Part shown: positions 1-12,856 of the stretch, piece by piece
How positions within the stretch are numbered: the first letter of the stretch is position 1
How the letters are laid out: each line of letters begins with the position of its first letter
Origin: Paraspadella gotoi
Taxonomy: Eukaryota > Animalia > Chaetognatha
Reading direction: 5' to 3'
Length of the DNA: 64,000 nt
Assembly: GCA_051294375.1 (NCBI GenBank)
Contig: CM119268.1
Span: forward strand, 10,512,613-10,576,612
The notes under the pieces: model-generated
Databases searched by the model: none
What the model saw: the letters and a program-made list of their open reading frames with translations, nothing else
Told to the model about the DNA's origin: nothing
Made by a program: the position numbers and the translations under genes

Positions 1-2250
1 ATTTACTTCAATTTAAGCATAAAGTCGTCAAATGCCTTTTCAACGTAAGACCGATAGTTTCATTTAACCGATCGAGTCGGCTCAAAGGGCATAACAAGCT
101 TACACGCATTCACGGTTTTTTTTTAAACCAAGTTAAAGCCCCATTCCAAGAAAAAAAAAAAAAGGAAAAGGTTGAGCCGAATAAGGCAGAGAATCCCGGG
201 AAATTCTAGTGGCGCGGCAGAGTCGAGGAAGGTTTAGGGAAAAAAATTGTTGAGGGCCTTCGGAGGGTTGGGATGAAAGGTGGGTAGGGTGATAAAAAAT
301 GAGGAGGCAGGGTTGAAAGAAGAGAGTGAAAATAAAGGGGGGGGGTAAGCCGAGAGGAGAGAAAGCCGATTAGATTCCTCTTTCACTATCTTTTTTTTCA
401 AGTGAAGTTCACCCAAAGGATTTCGTCAAGATTGAAATCCGAGTCAATCACTAGATGTAGGACTAAGCTCTGACGAAGTCAGAGGTTTTTTTAATATATT
501 CTTTGACCGGAACCAAGTAGAAAGGGGCAATAAATTGCTAATTTTTTAAGTTCAAAAAAAATCGACCAAAATATAGAAAATTAACCAAATCTTCGGAAAA
601 TCCACCCTTCTTTGGAAGTTTTCGCCATATCAGATTTTTTCCGAATCCTGACTCCCGGTTGAAAACTCTAGATTCCCGATCGTTAGCTCCTCTTTTACTT
701 TTACCTTTAAATAAAAATTCACCAAAAATGGGACTAATTCACTTTAACATGATCGTATCAATATTAAAATAACCAAATGAAAATGTTAAAGAAAAATTTT
801 GGAGAGCCCTTCAGGACATATTGGCTATCGATCCCTGAATTCGAAGTTTATTGTAAAAAGACAACATACCTTAAATGCGTTGACATTGTATTGAAGTGAG
901 AAATCCTTTATTTATATATAAATTGGCGTCAAAAATATTATTCCCGAGCGGAACCAGTCCATATTGAATTGAATGGTTCGATGTCAAATGATGGTTATTT
1001 GTCAAGAGAAAAAAAGCGAGCCCTTCAGATGCAACAGGCTCGGATCGAGTGTTTTACTCTATTTTTTTTAGCCTGAATTTTCCCCAGGGGCGTTGACATA
1101 ATTTTGGTATCAGACATTTTAACAAAATCTCCATTGAAAAAGTCTTCCTCGATTCTAAGAACGACGTAGGACTCCTACTAGATGATATTCGTAAAAATTA
1201 AACAAAAAAAAAAAAGCCAAAATAATAATAAACTAAAAAGAAAGTTTAAAAATTTCACTTCGACTTTAACGACGCTAGTCAGGGCTTTTTTTTTTTTCGT
1301 TCGAGGTTGAGGAGGAGTGGTTTCGCTTATCGGGTTATCGCATCGGCAAGAACTTGATAGGAATAAACAGCCATGAACGCGAAAAACCACAATTCCTGGA
1401 TCCTGATACGAGAAAAAAAAATAGGAGTCCCTTAGTCTCGATCGGGTCACTTCCCCTAATTTTAGCCGACATTTATTTTGGATTTTTTCCCTTGACGGTT
1501 TTCTACCCTCGTTTTGTTTTGTTTTTTGGTTGTATGTTCCAGCTTTTTTACGCGTTTTCTGAGTTTTTGCTGTCTTTCGCCCGTTTTGATGTCTATGATA
1601 TAGCTTTGGTCCCCCATTTTGACTACTGTTTTGTTTTTTCTTTTTACAGATGCGATTACACTATTTAAATATTTCTTTTTTTAAATGCTAATTGGTTCAC
1701 TTCACAATCATCATTCTTCAATTTTGTTTTTGGTCTCTTCGTTTAAATCTCATTTCCACTTCGTATCTTTGTATTAGACCCCTTCATTATGCTTTTGTCG
1801 CTTCTTCAATCCATCCCTTTTTCCTCGTCGCGTCTCACCCATCACTTTCAACCTCGAGTCTTTTTCTATTACTTCCCTCTCGAAGAAACACTGCTGATCC
1901 AAATTCAGTGATTCTTATCAACAAAGAGAAAGAATGCGGATTCACCTTTCGCCCAGAGTAAAAAAAGAAGACGAGAAGTCCCCATCTGTAGAGCCACTAC
2001 AGGGGTAGACTGAGAGAAAGGGAGGGAGACGACCGAGAGGAAAAGAGAGAGAGACGACGAGAGTGACCGAGGATACTGAGAGAGAGAGAGAGGCCGAACG
2101 AAGAGAGAGAGGCGAAAGAAGGCAAACAGAAAATGCAATCAAAGAAATATATCTTCAGGGTTGAACGAGGGAAACTAATTTTCCTCAAAATTTTGTTAAC
2201 CGGCTATTGATAGTTTATTTATTTTAGAGACGTTCGTACTAATAAAGTTG

Positions 2251-2289
<39 letters not shown>

Positions 2290-2854
2290 CTCTGACGTAA
2301 GAGAGCATCCTAAATGAATCGGCTAAAGGGAGGCAAACTTGAACCCCAGAGCTCAAATCCAACGATCAACTTTTTTTAACCAAAAATCGGTATATTTTTT
2401 TTTTTTTTCAAAAATAAAAAGTTGTTTCTTTGTCTTTTTGTAGCCAGAGGGTCATAACTTGAAGGTCCAGGCATTTGCTCTCTCTCTCTCTCTCCTCTCC
2501 TCTCTCTCTCTCTCTCTTCTCCTCTCTCTTCTCTCTTCTCTCTCTCATTCTCTCTCTCTCTCCCTCTCCCCCTCGTTGTTTCTTGTAAAATATTTTCGGG
2601 CAAAAAGTCTCTACAAATGACATATGTTTTTCTTAATTATCATAGGCTGGCAAGTTTTAGGCAGAGAACAACGTATATATCGATATGAAAAAAAAATCAA
2701 TTAGAAATAATTTTTAGGAGGTTAAAAGCTCTACTAGGATTTTTTTACAAAAAACTCGAAAAAAAGTTTGTACTAAAAAATCGCAAACGACTTTAATCTA
2801 AAACAAACACCAGACTCTTCTTTATGGGCGGCGGGAAATTTCTTTGAGAGAGAA

Positions 2855-2940
<86 letters not shown>

Positions 2941-3474
2941 TCCGTTAATTGAATTCACTCTTTACTTGAAGGAAAATCACACTTTTTTAACTCGAATAGA
3001 AATTTCGTGACGCTCCGGACTCAGATCCGCGACCGCCTGCACACCCCAAACACGCCTCTTCGCCTCTTCGCGCCTTCGGGTGTTTACTCGCATTCCCCGA
3101 CGCCCTCTACGACCCCTTCGGAGGCTTTCCCTTCGACCTTCGGACAGTTATCCTCCACCCGCCCTTTAAAATGTAATCGGAACCACCCCTCTCGCCCGGA
3201 CCTTCCCTCGAGGGTCCACCGCCTCAAACGTCCACTGCGGAAACCACCACCCAGACCGTCACGCTGACACCACCACTCACCGTTTCACACTCAATCCCTT
3301 CTCCAATTCGTTGTCGAAAACCGTTTGCAATTAGGCTTCACAACCGAGAGATTGGACGCGTGATTAGGGCTTCTTAGGGTGTAGGGTTTCTAGGCGTCAG
3401 CGGCCCGCAGGGATTTTTCTTCTTCGTCTTCGTCGTTCGTCATCATGTCTTGTTAGCAAAAGTTTGGAATCCAA

Positions 3475-3550
<76 letters not shown>

Positions 3551-4880
3551 AGAGAGCCCGAAAAAAAAACATCAGTCCAATCTCATAAATGTTCCTTACT
3601 TTTAACTCCGCCTAAGCAAAAGAGGGAACACCTAAAATAGTAAGATAGTATCTATTAGATACCATGTAGGTCATAAAATATTCGCGTCTTCGTCGTGGGC
3701 GTTCTTAGTTTAGGATAAAGTACAAAAAACCTATGCACTAAATTATCATCCATCTTTATCATCATCATCAACGTCATTATCATCCTTGATGATGATCGTA
3801 TTAGTTACTAGGTTAACTCGATCCAAAAAAATACTGGAGACTAAAGTAGACACAGATCTCACTCTCAAACGGTAGTCCCGATGAGAAGAGAGGGAGAGGG
3901 AGACGATCGTCTGTGTGAAGATGGTTTTTTAATTTGACCTTTTGTTTTCATTATTTCATTTGACGTTTTGGTCAGCCAGGCCGCCAATCAAAAAAGAAAA
4001 AGAAAACCAAGGACAGCTTTGTTAGTTGGTTAGTTTTGTTAGTTGACAGCTTTGTTAGTTTATTTAAAAAGGGCGTCATAAGACCATTTTTTTATATAGT
4101 AGATGTCTTCATTTTCTTGGCCAAAGATAATTCGCGAAAAACACGGTTTAGGTCATTACCCTTGCGCATTGGGCATTGCTTATTACACTTAAAATAATTA
4201 AATTAATTTATTTACAAAAAAAGGTTTTTTTTTCTCGATTCCTTTAAGTTCAATATATAAATCGAGGTCAAAAAGCAATTTTGTTAGAAGATCAAAGAAT
4301 GTTTGTGTTCAAGGGACGTCACGGTTCACCTACGAAAATTTGACGTCCATAAATCATTTTAAAATATTTTCGAAGTTCGGTCAGTGGCCAATAGCAAAAT
4401 TGCCATGCAAAAAAAAAAAAAAAAGTACGCGCGTAATTATTAAAAAAAAAACAAAGATTAGATGAAGTTTATTTTCCACAATTAAATTAACATGAGAATA
4501 AACCACTGTTGACAGGTTGAGCGGGATCCTGCTAGTTTTAGGAGATATAGTAAGATTTAAGTAGTCGGTGAGCCCTATTACAGACCAGTGTCTTTTTTTC
4601 ATTATGCGTGAATTAATTCTTACTCATCTTTTTTAGCCACAGGATTTCCGCAATCGCTTCTTTAGTTTTGGTTTCTTGCATCTTATTTACGTAAATTATT
4701 TAATTTTGTAGCCTTGCGTGGGTGATAAATGTATATTAAATAAAAAAAATGTTACTAGACAACCGTCGAAAAAACTTCTGGCTAAAGGTGACCGTAAATT
4801 CCTTATCAATAGACATTAGACGCATGAGACACTGAGTTCGAATCGTAATCATCGCTTCCTCTTTCCAACTTTGTCTTCAG

Positions 4881-5068
4881 GAAGGCAGCCTCCGTCTCGT
4901 AGGCGGCGAGTCCCGCGCCGAGGGCAACGTCCAGGTCACCACTCCGGCGCCTGGGGAATTGTGTGCGACGACCGACTTCGATATTTACGACGCCACCGTC
5001 GTCTGCCGTCAACTAGGATTCTCTTCCGCGAGACAGGCGCTCAAGAATTCCCACTTCGGAATCGGCTC

Positions 5069-5162
<94 letters not shown>

Positions 5163-8100
5163 TTTATGCTTATGGTCTGCAAAGGTTCGAAGAATAGGGT
5201 GTAATCGGATTCTGTCTGTCTGTCTGTCTGTCTGCTGTCTGCTGTAATCGTGGTTTGTCTTTCGAGTCAGTAATCTTCATTTTGTTTAATGACCTTCAGA
5301 CGCTTCTGGATTGACCAACCTCCTCTGCGAGGCGACGAGAAACGAATCTCGTCCTGCCGCTTCGACGGATGGGGTCTCCATGACTGCCCTTGAAGGGGCC
5401 GCGGCGTCAGGTAAGCATCTCGTTTTGTCGCGCTGCTTGACAGGTGCGTAACTGGTGAAAATGAACGTATTCTATCGTCACCAACCGCCAGGTGGCAACG
5501 AGCAGATGCGAAACCGTAACAACACTTCCCGAAGTAGCGCCGCACCGGCCAAAACGGTCGCGAAAGCTTAAGCGAGACGATAGAAGGAAGGCAAAGCAGA
5601 GGCTTCATCGTCGTCCGTTGTCACGTCGTCGTCTAATCCTCACTGACGTCTTCGTCATCGTCGTCGTCTTCGAAGGCTCTTCGTCTCGGACGAGGCGCTG
5701 CGGTCGCTCGAGTCGTCGACGATGACGTCGAGGAACTCCGACGGAGACTCCATCATAGACATCATGAAGAAGCTGCTGCTGCAAGAAGGCGCCAGAGCAG
5801 GAGGAAGAGCGACGAATCGGCAGCGACGGCGACGACGACGAAAGGTTTGACATTTTATGAGATGGCGCTGCTTGAAATCAGAATTTTTGGCAGAGAAGCC
5901 GACGGATCAAGTTTTCTGTTTATAAATTTGTGATTTTTTTTTCATCGAATTGTGTTAAAATTTCTTTCCGTTGCGTTTTAGATTTTTTTTGGTAATAAAC
6001 AACGATTCTTTAAATAATATATCGTTGTTTATAATTATAAAGACACTATCATTTAAGGATGAAACTGCAAAGCTGATAGGTTGATTCCGGTTCCATGCTT
6101 GACCAATCAGGATTCGGCGATTCCATTTCAGCGGGTAGATCGCCCGAGTCTCCGATCCGATTTGCTTTTGGTGGCTGATACTCCTGCGATGCTATGAATA
6201 GATTTTATTCAAATTCTATATTTAGTTTTTAATTCTGGCTAACAACGATTAAAAAAATGTTTCAAAGCCTGAATAGGTTAATTAAAAAAGATATAAAGCG
6301 ACGGAGATTTGTTAAGAAACTCTGAACTTTGAAGTTAGAATTTTATTAATGCTCTTTCTATTTTAAATATATTCAGCCGTCGCCTTCTCTCTTCCTCTTC
6401 TCTTCCATCTTCACAAACCCATTAGCTCCCATCTCTTCAACGAGGCCTTCATCGAGTCCTGCTCTCTCCGGTTGCTGCGTCAACGTCGGTAACTTAGCAA
6501 CGACCCGTAGCAACGACGCCATCGACGACGTCTACGACGACGACGACGACGACAAAGTTGGCAACGGAAGCGACACTCCGACATTCCCCTCATCTCCATC
6601 TCTGGCGTCGAGAAGCGACGGAGAGACGGAGAGCTCGATCCTCCCAGCCGCCGCAGCCGGAGCAGCCGCGCAGCGGACCGCCAGCCCCAAGATCTCGCGG
6701 AATCTCTTACACGAACGACGACGGGAAGATGGAAGACGGTTCGTCGGTCGAGGACGAAGACGACACGATGAGAACGACGACGCCGTCAACGAGGTGGAGA
6801 AAGCCACCGAGACGGATTGGAGAAACTGGATGACACCTCGCTGATGCAAGATCGAGGAGGAGGAGAGGAGATGAAGAAGGAAGAGCTGGAGTTGGAGGAA
6901 GGGAGGGGGGTTCCTCGAAGACATGGATTATAAGAAGAGAAGGTGAGGAAAGGAAAGAGGGTGAGTCGTGACAGAAAAAGAGGAAAAGAAGGAAAACGAC
7001 GGAATCTCAACGGTTTCTCCACAATCTAGTCGAGACCCCCGAGCGAACCACTCCTTGCGGACGAGAGTCTTGGGCTCCGAAGCCGCCACCGGCCTCCAGG
7101 TAGTCGAGGTGGTGGTCGACGAAGCCTCGACACCGTCCTTACCTCTTCGACGCCGCGCGACCGCCGCCGACGCGAGACGGCGTCGAATCGCGTTCCGGCG
7201 GCCGACGTTTGGGAGGTGCGTCAGTGGGGCGCCGACAGTATCTCGCCGGGGCAGACGGCGCGAGACGGCGCCTTCAACAGGATCGTGCCCAACAAGCGCG
7301 TCGGCGGCGTCGGGGGAGCGAGGGTAGGGATAAGTGCCGCTGTTGATCGGCGAGAAGAAGGTCCCTTGGGTCAAAGGTGAGGCAATCGAATCGCCGAGGA
7401 ATCGGTTTTAGTTTAATTACATTCAAACCTATTAGCTAAATCATTTAAACAATATGTAGAATGGCGTGAAATGACGCCAGGCCGTATTAAGACTTAGACA
7501 ACTTTGAACGTCAAACTTACCGACAAATTTACATAGTATTAAAAATATTTATGACGGTATATATTGCAATAACGATGACCAATATTGGTCTTCAGGCGAA
7601 GCGATGAAAGGCTGTTCGGCCTGACGAACGGGCGTCATGCGCAGGAAGGACGAGTCGAGGTTCTCATCGGGGAAATTGGGGACTCGTCTGCGGCGCGGGT
7701 TCGCATGATGGAGGTAAAGAAAAAAATTTGCATATTGCTGGAATTGTTGGAATAATTCTCACATTCATGTCAGCCTAATTAGTAATTACATGTTTTCTTT
7801 CTATGAAAATTTGATCTTCTGCACTTTCTCTTTGCGAGGATTAGTCTTCATTTTGGTATCTAATACAAATTTTCTATCTTTTCCAAATTCAACATTGTTT
7901 TTTATCTTATATTTTCGAATAACGAAATTTATCTATTAAAACTCTGTGATTGCTTGTAATTGTCACTTTTTTTTTGACAACAGTCATAGACCATTCCACA
8001 ATCCACATATTTTTGACTGTCACTCAAGTTTTCCCCCTGTCTCCCAAGGTGATCGTCATCTGCAAATCCCTGGGTCTCGGCGCGGGAGGCAAATCCCGTG

Positions 8101-8883
8101 CAGACGACCTGGTGGGGAGGTGAGCTGGACGAGGTAGTCGTAGCGGACTCACCGCGGAGAAGGAAAGGTCGTGGGCGAGTGTCGGTGGGACGACCGGAAC
8201 ATACGCGTGTCCGGGAAGAAATCGATCGCCGGTGAGTCGGTGGGGATGTGAGTTCGGGGGGGGGGTGCGGGAAATTGTAGGAAATGATATCCATTGTCAT
8301 TATGTCATAATTGTATCGGTCAAGAGGTAATAAAATATTCCACAAGATCTCTATAAATTTTTCTTGATTGTTTGCTCAAAGGAGTGAACTGTATTTAATG
8401 AACAGTGAACACCAAAATTCTATTCCTACGCAAGATTATTTTTTCCAGGGGTAGCATTTGGATAAGACATATTTCTGACCCGTGATCACCCATCTCGACT
8501 TTATTTCTCCAGGCGTGGTGTGCGCCAACGACCTTCCGATCTAATGCCCAACGGTCGTCTGCTACAGTCTCATATCTACTTGGAGGATCGACAGCTGTGG
8601 TACCTTCAGTGCGCAATGGAGAGAACTGCTCGCCTCGGACGCGTACCCGTGCGTCAGAGGGAATACAACTGGCCTATCACAACAGGCGGCTGCTCAGGTC
8701 ATTAATATTAACATCCTGATATAACAACGACACATCACAATCCGTTCCGACCAACAGGTTTACTTCAAGCATCTTCACAAACGGAACTCAGGACTTTCGT
8801 CCATTCATTCCGAAGCACTTGTGGCAGTGGCACATGTGTCATATGCATTATCACTCCATGGAGGTCTTTACTCACTACGACCT
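4881..8883 (+). pseudogene. Frameshifted partial copy of the lysyl oxidase-like gene (probably an assembly artefact rather than a real pseudogene)
   Basis: Same exons as 12581-16658 ([13 protein letters not shown]..., [16 protein letters not shown]) but with many 1-3 bp indels; truncated at the N gap. Confidence 0.75.
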
Positions 8884-8908
8884 NNNNNNNNNNNNNNNNN
8901 NNNNNNNN
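8884..8908. other. Scaffold gap (25 N)
   Basis: Run of n characters. Confidence 1.
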
Positions 8909-10394
8909 TTTTTTTTTCGTTCGAGGGTTGAGGGAGGAGTGGTTTCGCTTATCGGGTTATCGCATCCAAGACTTTGATTAAGAATAAAAAGCAGAAGCGA
9001 AAAAACCCAAATTCCTGGATTCTGAACAGGAAAAAAAAATGGAGTCCGCTTATCTCGATCGTCACTTCCCCTAATTTTACCGACTTTTATTTTTACTTTT
9101 TTTCCTTGACGTTTTTCCTCGTTTTGTTTTTTTGGTTTATGTTTCCAGCTTTTTTACCTTTTATTTTTCTTTTCCCTTTTTATTCTAGTGATATAGTTTG
9201 TCCCCATTTTTACTACTGTTTTTTTTTTTTTAGATCGAGTTAACATTTAAATATTTTTCTTTCTTTTAAATGCTATTGTTCATCAATCATCATTCTTCAA
9301 TTTTTTTTTTGGTCTCTCTCTTTAAATCTCATTTCCACTTCGTTACTTTTATTAACCTTTTAGCTTTTGTCGCTTCTCCATCTCCCTTTTTCCTCTCTGT
9401 CTCACTCCCTCATTTCACTCGAGCCTTTTCACTTCCCCCTCACGAGAAACTGGACCCAAATTCAGTGATTTATCACCAAAGAGAAAAGAAGCGGATTCAC
9501 CTTTCGCCAAGAAAGAGAGAGAGACTGAATGCCACACTCTGTTAGAGAGAGATAGAGGGGGAGAGAGAGAGAGAGAGAGAGAGAGGCTGAAAAGGAAACA
9601 GAAAATCAATCAAAGAAATATATCTTCAGGGTTGAACGAGGGAAACTAATTTTCCCTCAAAATTTGTTAACCGCTATTGATAGTTTATTTATTTTTATTT
9701 TAGGGACTTGCCGCTTACTTCTCATATAAGGCTCTCTCTCTCTCCTCTCTCTTATCCTCTCTCGCTACTACTCTCTACTCTACTGAAACGTAAGAGAGCA
9801 TTCCTAAATAAATGCAACAATCGGCAGCCCTAAGACGTTATTCTTGGTAAGGTAGCAAGACTTGACCCCAGCACGCACTAGCACGCACTAATCACTCAAA
9901 AAATCCATACGACTTTTTACAACTGTTTTTTTTCTACACCAAAATCGGCGTTATTTTTTTTTTTTTTTTCTTTTCAATATAATAAGTTTTTTTTGTTACT
10001 TTGTCTTTTTTGAAGCCAGAGGTCAAACATGACGCGTATCCAGGGGCATTTTGCTCTCTCTCTCTACTACTCTCTCTCTCTGCTCTCTACTCTCTCTCTC
10101 TCTCTCTCTCTCTCCTCCCTTCTCCCCTCGTTGTTTTGATAAATATTTTCGGGCAAAAAGTCTACAAATGACATATGTTTTTCTTTAATTATCATAGGCT
10201 GGAATGTTTTAGGCAGAGAACAACGTATATATCGATATTAAAAAAAATCAATAGAAATATTTTTTGGAGGTTAAAAGATCGACTAAGGTTTTTTTTTAAA
10301 AAACTCGAAAAAAAGTTTGTACTAAAAAATCGCAAACGACTTTAATCTAAAACAAACACCAGACTCTTCTTTATGGGCGGCGGGAAATTTCTTT

Positions 10395-10455
<61 letters not shown>

Positions 10456-12580
10456 AATATTTTCCGTTAATTGAATTCACTCTTTTACTTGAATGAAATC
10501 ACACTTTTTTAACTCGAATCGAAATTTTCGTGACGCTCTCGGACTCAGATCCGCGACCGCCTGCACTCCCCAAACACCCTCTTCGCCTCTTTCGCGCCTT
10601 CGGGTGGTTTCTCGCATTCCCCGACGCCCTCTTACGACCCCTTCGGAGGCTTTCCTTTCGACCTTCGGACATTGATCCTCCACCCGCCCTTTAAAATGTA
10701 ATCGCACCACCTCTCGCCCGGACGCTCTCCTCGAGCGGTCTCCACGCGCGTCAACTTCACACTGCGGAAACCACCCACCCCGACCACCACTCACCGTTTC
10801 ACACTAAATCCCTTCTCCAATGTTGTTGTCGAAACCGTGTTGCAATTAGGCTTCACAACCGAGAGATTGGACGCGCGTGATTAGGGCTTCTTAGGGTGTA
10901 GGGTTTCTAGGCGTCAGCGCCGCGCGGGATTTTATTCTTCTTCGTCTTCGTCGTCGTCGTCATCATCGTCTTGTTACAAAAGTTTTGGAATCCAAAATTG
11001 AGAGAGAGAGAGAAGAGAGGAGAGAGAGAGAGAGATGAGAGAGGAGAGAGAGAGAGAGACGATGAGACAATGGAGCGTAAGCAGAAGGCATGGAGAACAA
11101 GATGAGCGGCCGGGCACGAGAGAGGTGGAAGAAGCTCGGCCTCGAAATACTAATGAAAGAATAATAAATACGACAACATAAAAGAACACTCAGTCATATC
11201 TTCTTATAAACACCTGTTCCGTTGTACTTTTCACATCTCCGGCCTTAAGCCAAAAGAGGGGATCACCAGCCCATCAACATGCTTGGAGATACTGTTCTCA
11301 TTAGTACGTATGGTAGTCATATAATACTTCGTGCGGTCTTTTCGTCGTAGACGGACCGTCTTAGTTCCTAGATAAGGTATACGTAACAAATTACCTATGC
11401 GACTTAAATTATCATCATCTTTATCTGATCATCAGTCAACGCGTATTTCAATGCTTGATGATGATCGTTATGTTACAGGATATTCTACTCGACCAAAATC
11501 CGGAGTAAAGTGAAGACGATTCAACCTCTCCACTCTCAAAGCGGTAGTCCGATCCAGGAAGAGAGCAGAGGAGAGGGAGACGATTCGTCTTTGTGATCGA
11601 TGCATGTGTTTCTTTAATTTGACCTGTTTGTTGTTCATTATTTTCATTTGACGTTTTAGTCGAGCCAGGCCGCAATCAAAAAGGAAAAGAAAACCGCGGA
11701 ACTTTGAGCTTGTTAGTTAGTTACAGCTTTTTATTTCTTTAAAAAGCGGCGTACATTTTAAAGACGCATTGTTTCATATAGTAGATGTCTTCATTTTCTT
11801 GGGCCAAACGATAATTCGCGAAAAACACGGTTTTAGGGTCATTATCCTTGCGCATTGGGCATTGCTTATTACACTTAAAATAATAAATAATTTATTTACA
11901 AAAAATAAGGTTTTTTTCTCGATTCCTTTAAGTCAAATATAAATCGAGGTCAAAAAGCAATTTTGTTAGAAGATCAAAGGAATGTTAGTGTTCAAGGACG
12001 TCACGGTTCACCTACGAAAAATTTGACGTCCATAAATCATTTTAAAATATTTTCGAAGTTCGGTCGGTGGCTCAATAGCAAAATTGCCATTGGCAAAAAA
12101 AAAAAAAAGTACGCGCGCGTTAAATATTAAAAAAAAAACAAGATTAGGATGAAGTTTATTTCCAACAATTAATTAACATGAGGAATAAAACCACTGTTGA
12201 CAAGGTTGAGCGGGATCCTGCTAGTTTTAGGAGATATAGTAAGATTTAAGTAGTCGGTGAGCCCTATTACAGGACCAGTGTCTTTTTTCATTATGTGTTA
12301 ATTAATTTCTTACTACATCTTTTTTGGCCACAGGGAATTTCCGCAATCGCTCTTCTTAGTTTTGGTTTCTTGCATCTTATTTACCGTAATTATTTAATTT
12401 TTGTGGCGTTGGGTGATAAATGGTTACATTAATTGGACGGAAAAAATGTGTTAGGTAGCCGACGTTGAAAAAGCTTTTGGCTAAAGGTGACCGTAAGTTC
12501 CTTATCAATAGACATTAGACGCATGAGACACTGAGTTCGAATCGTCATCATCGCTTCCCTCTTTCCAACTTTGTCTTCAG

Positions 12581-12790
12581 GAAGGCAGCCTCCGTCTCGT
12601 AGGCGGCGAGTCCCGCGCCGAGGGCAACGTCCAGGTCTACCACTCCGGCGCCTGGGGAATTGTGTGCGACGACGACTTCGATATTTACGACGCCACCGTC
12701 GTCTGCCGTCAACTCGGATTCTCTTCGCGAGACAGGCGCTCAAGAATTCTCACTTCGGAATCGGCTCGAGGTGAGAGAGAGAGGAGAGAG

Positions 12791-12856
<66 letters not shown>

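Noticed and set aside
2240-5160. ERERER / LSLSLS ORFs here and at ~12780, 35065, 47095 and elsewhere
   Set aside because: (AG)n microsatellites in introns or intergenic DNA, not coding.
10911-11000. Hydrophobic stretch ILFFFVFVVVVIIVLL as a possible LOXL signal-peptide exon
   Set aside because: No start codon or phase-compatible donor found, it arises from (GTC/TTC)n repeats, and the sequence is low quality here.
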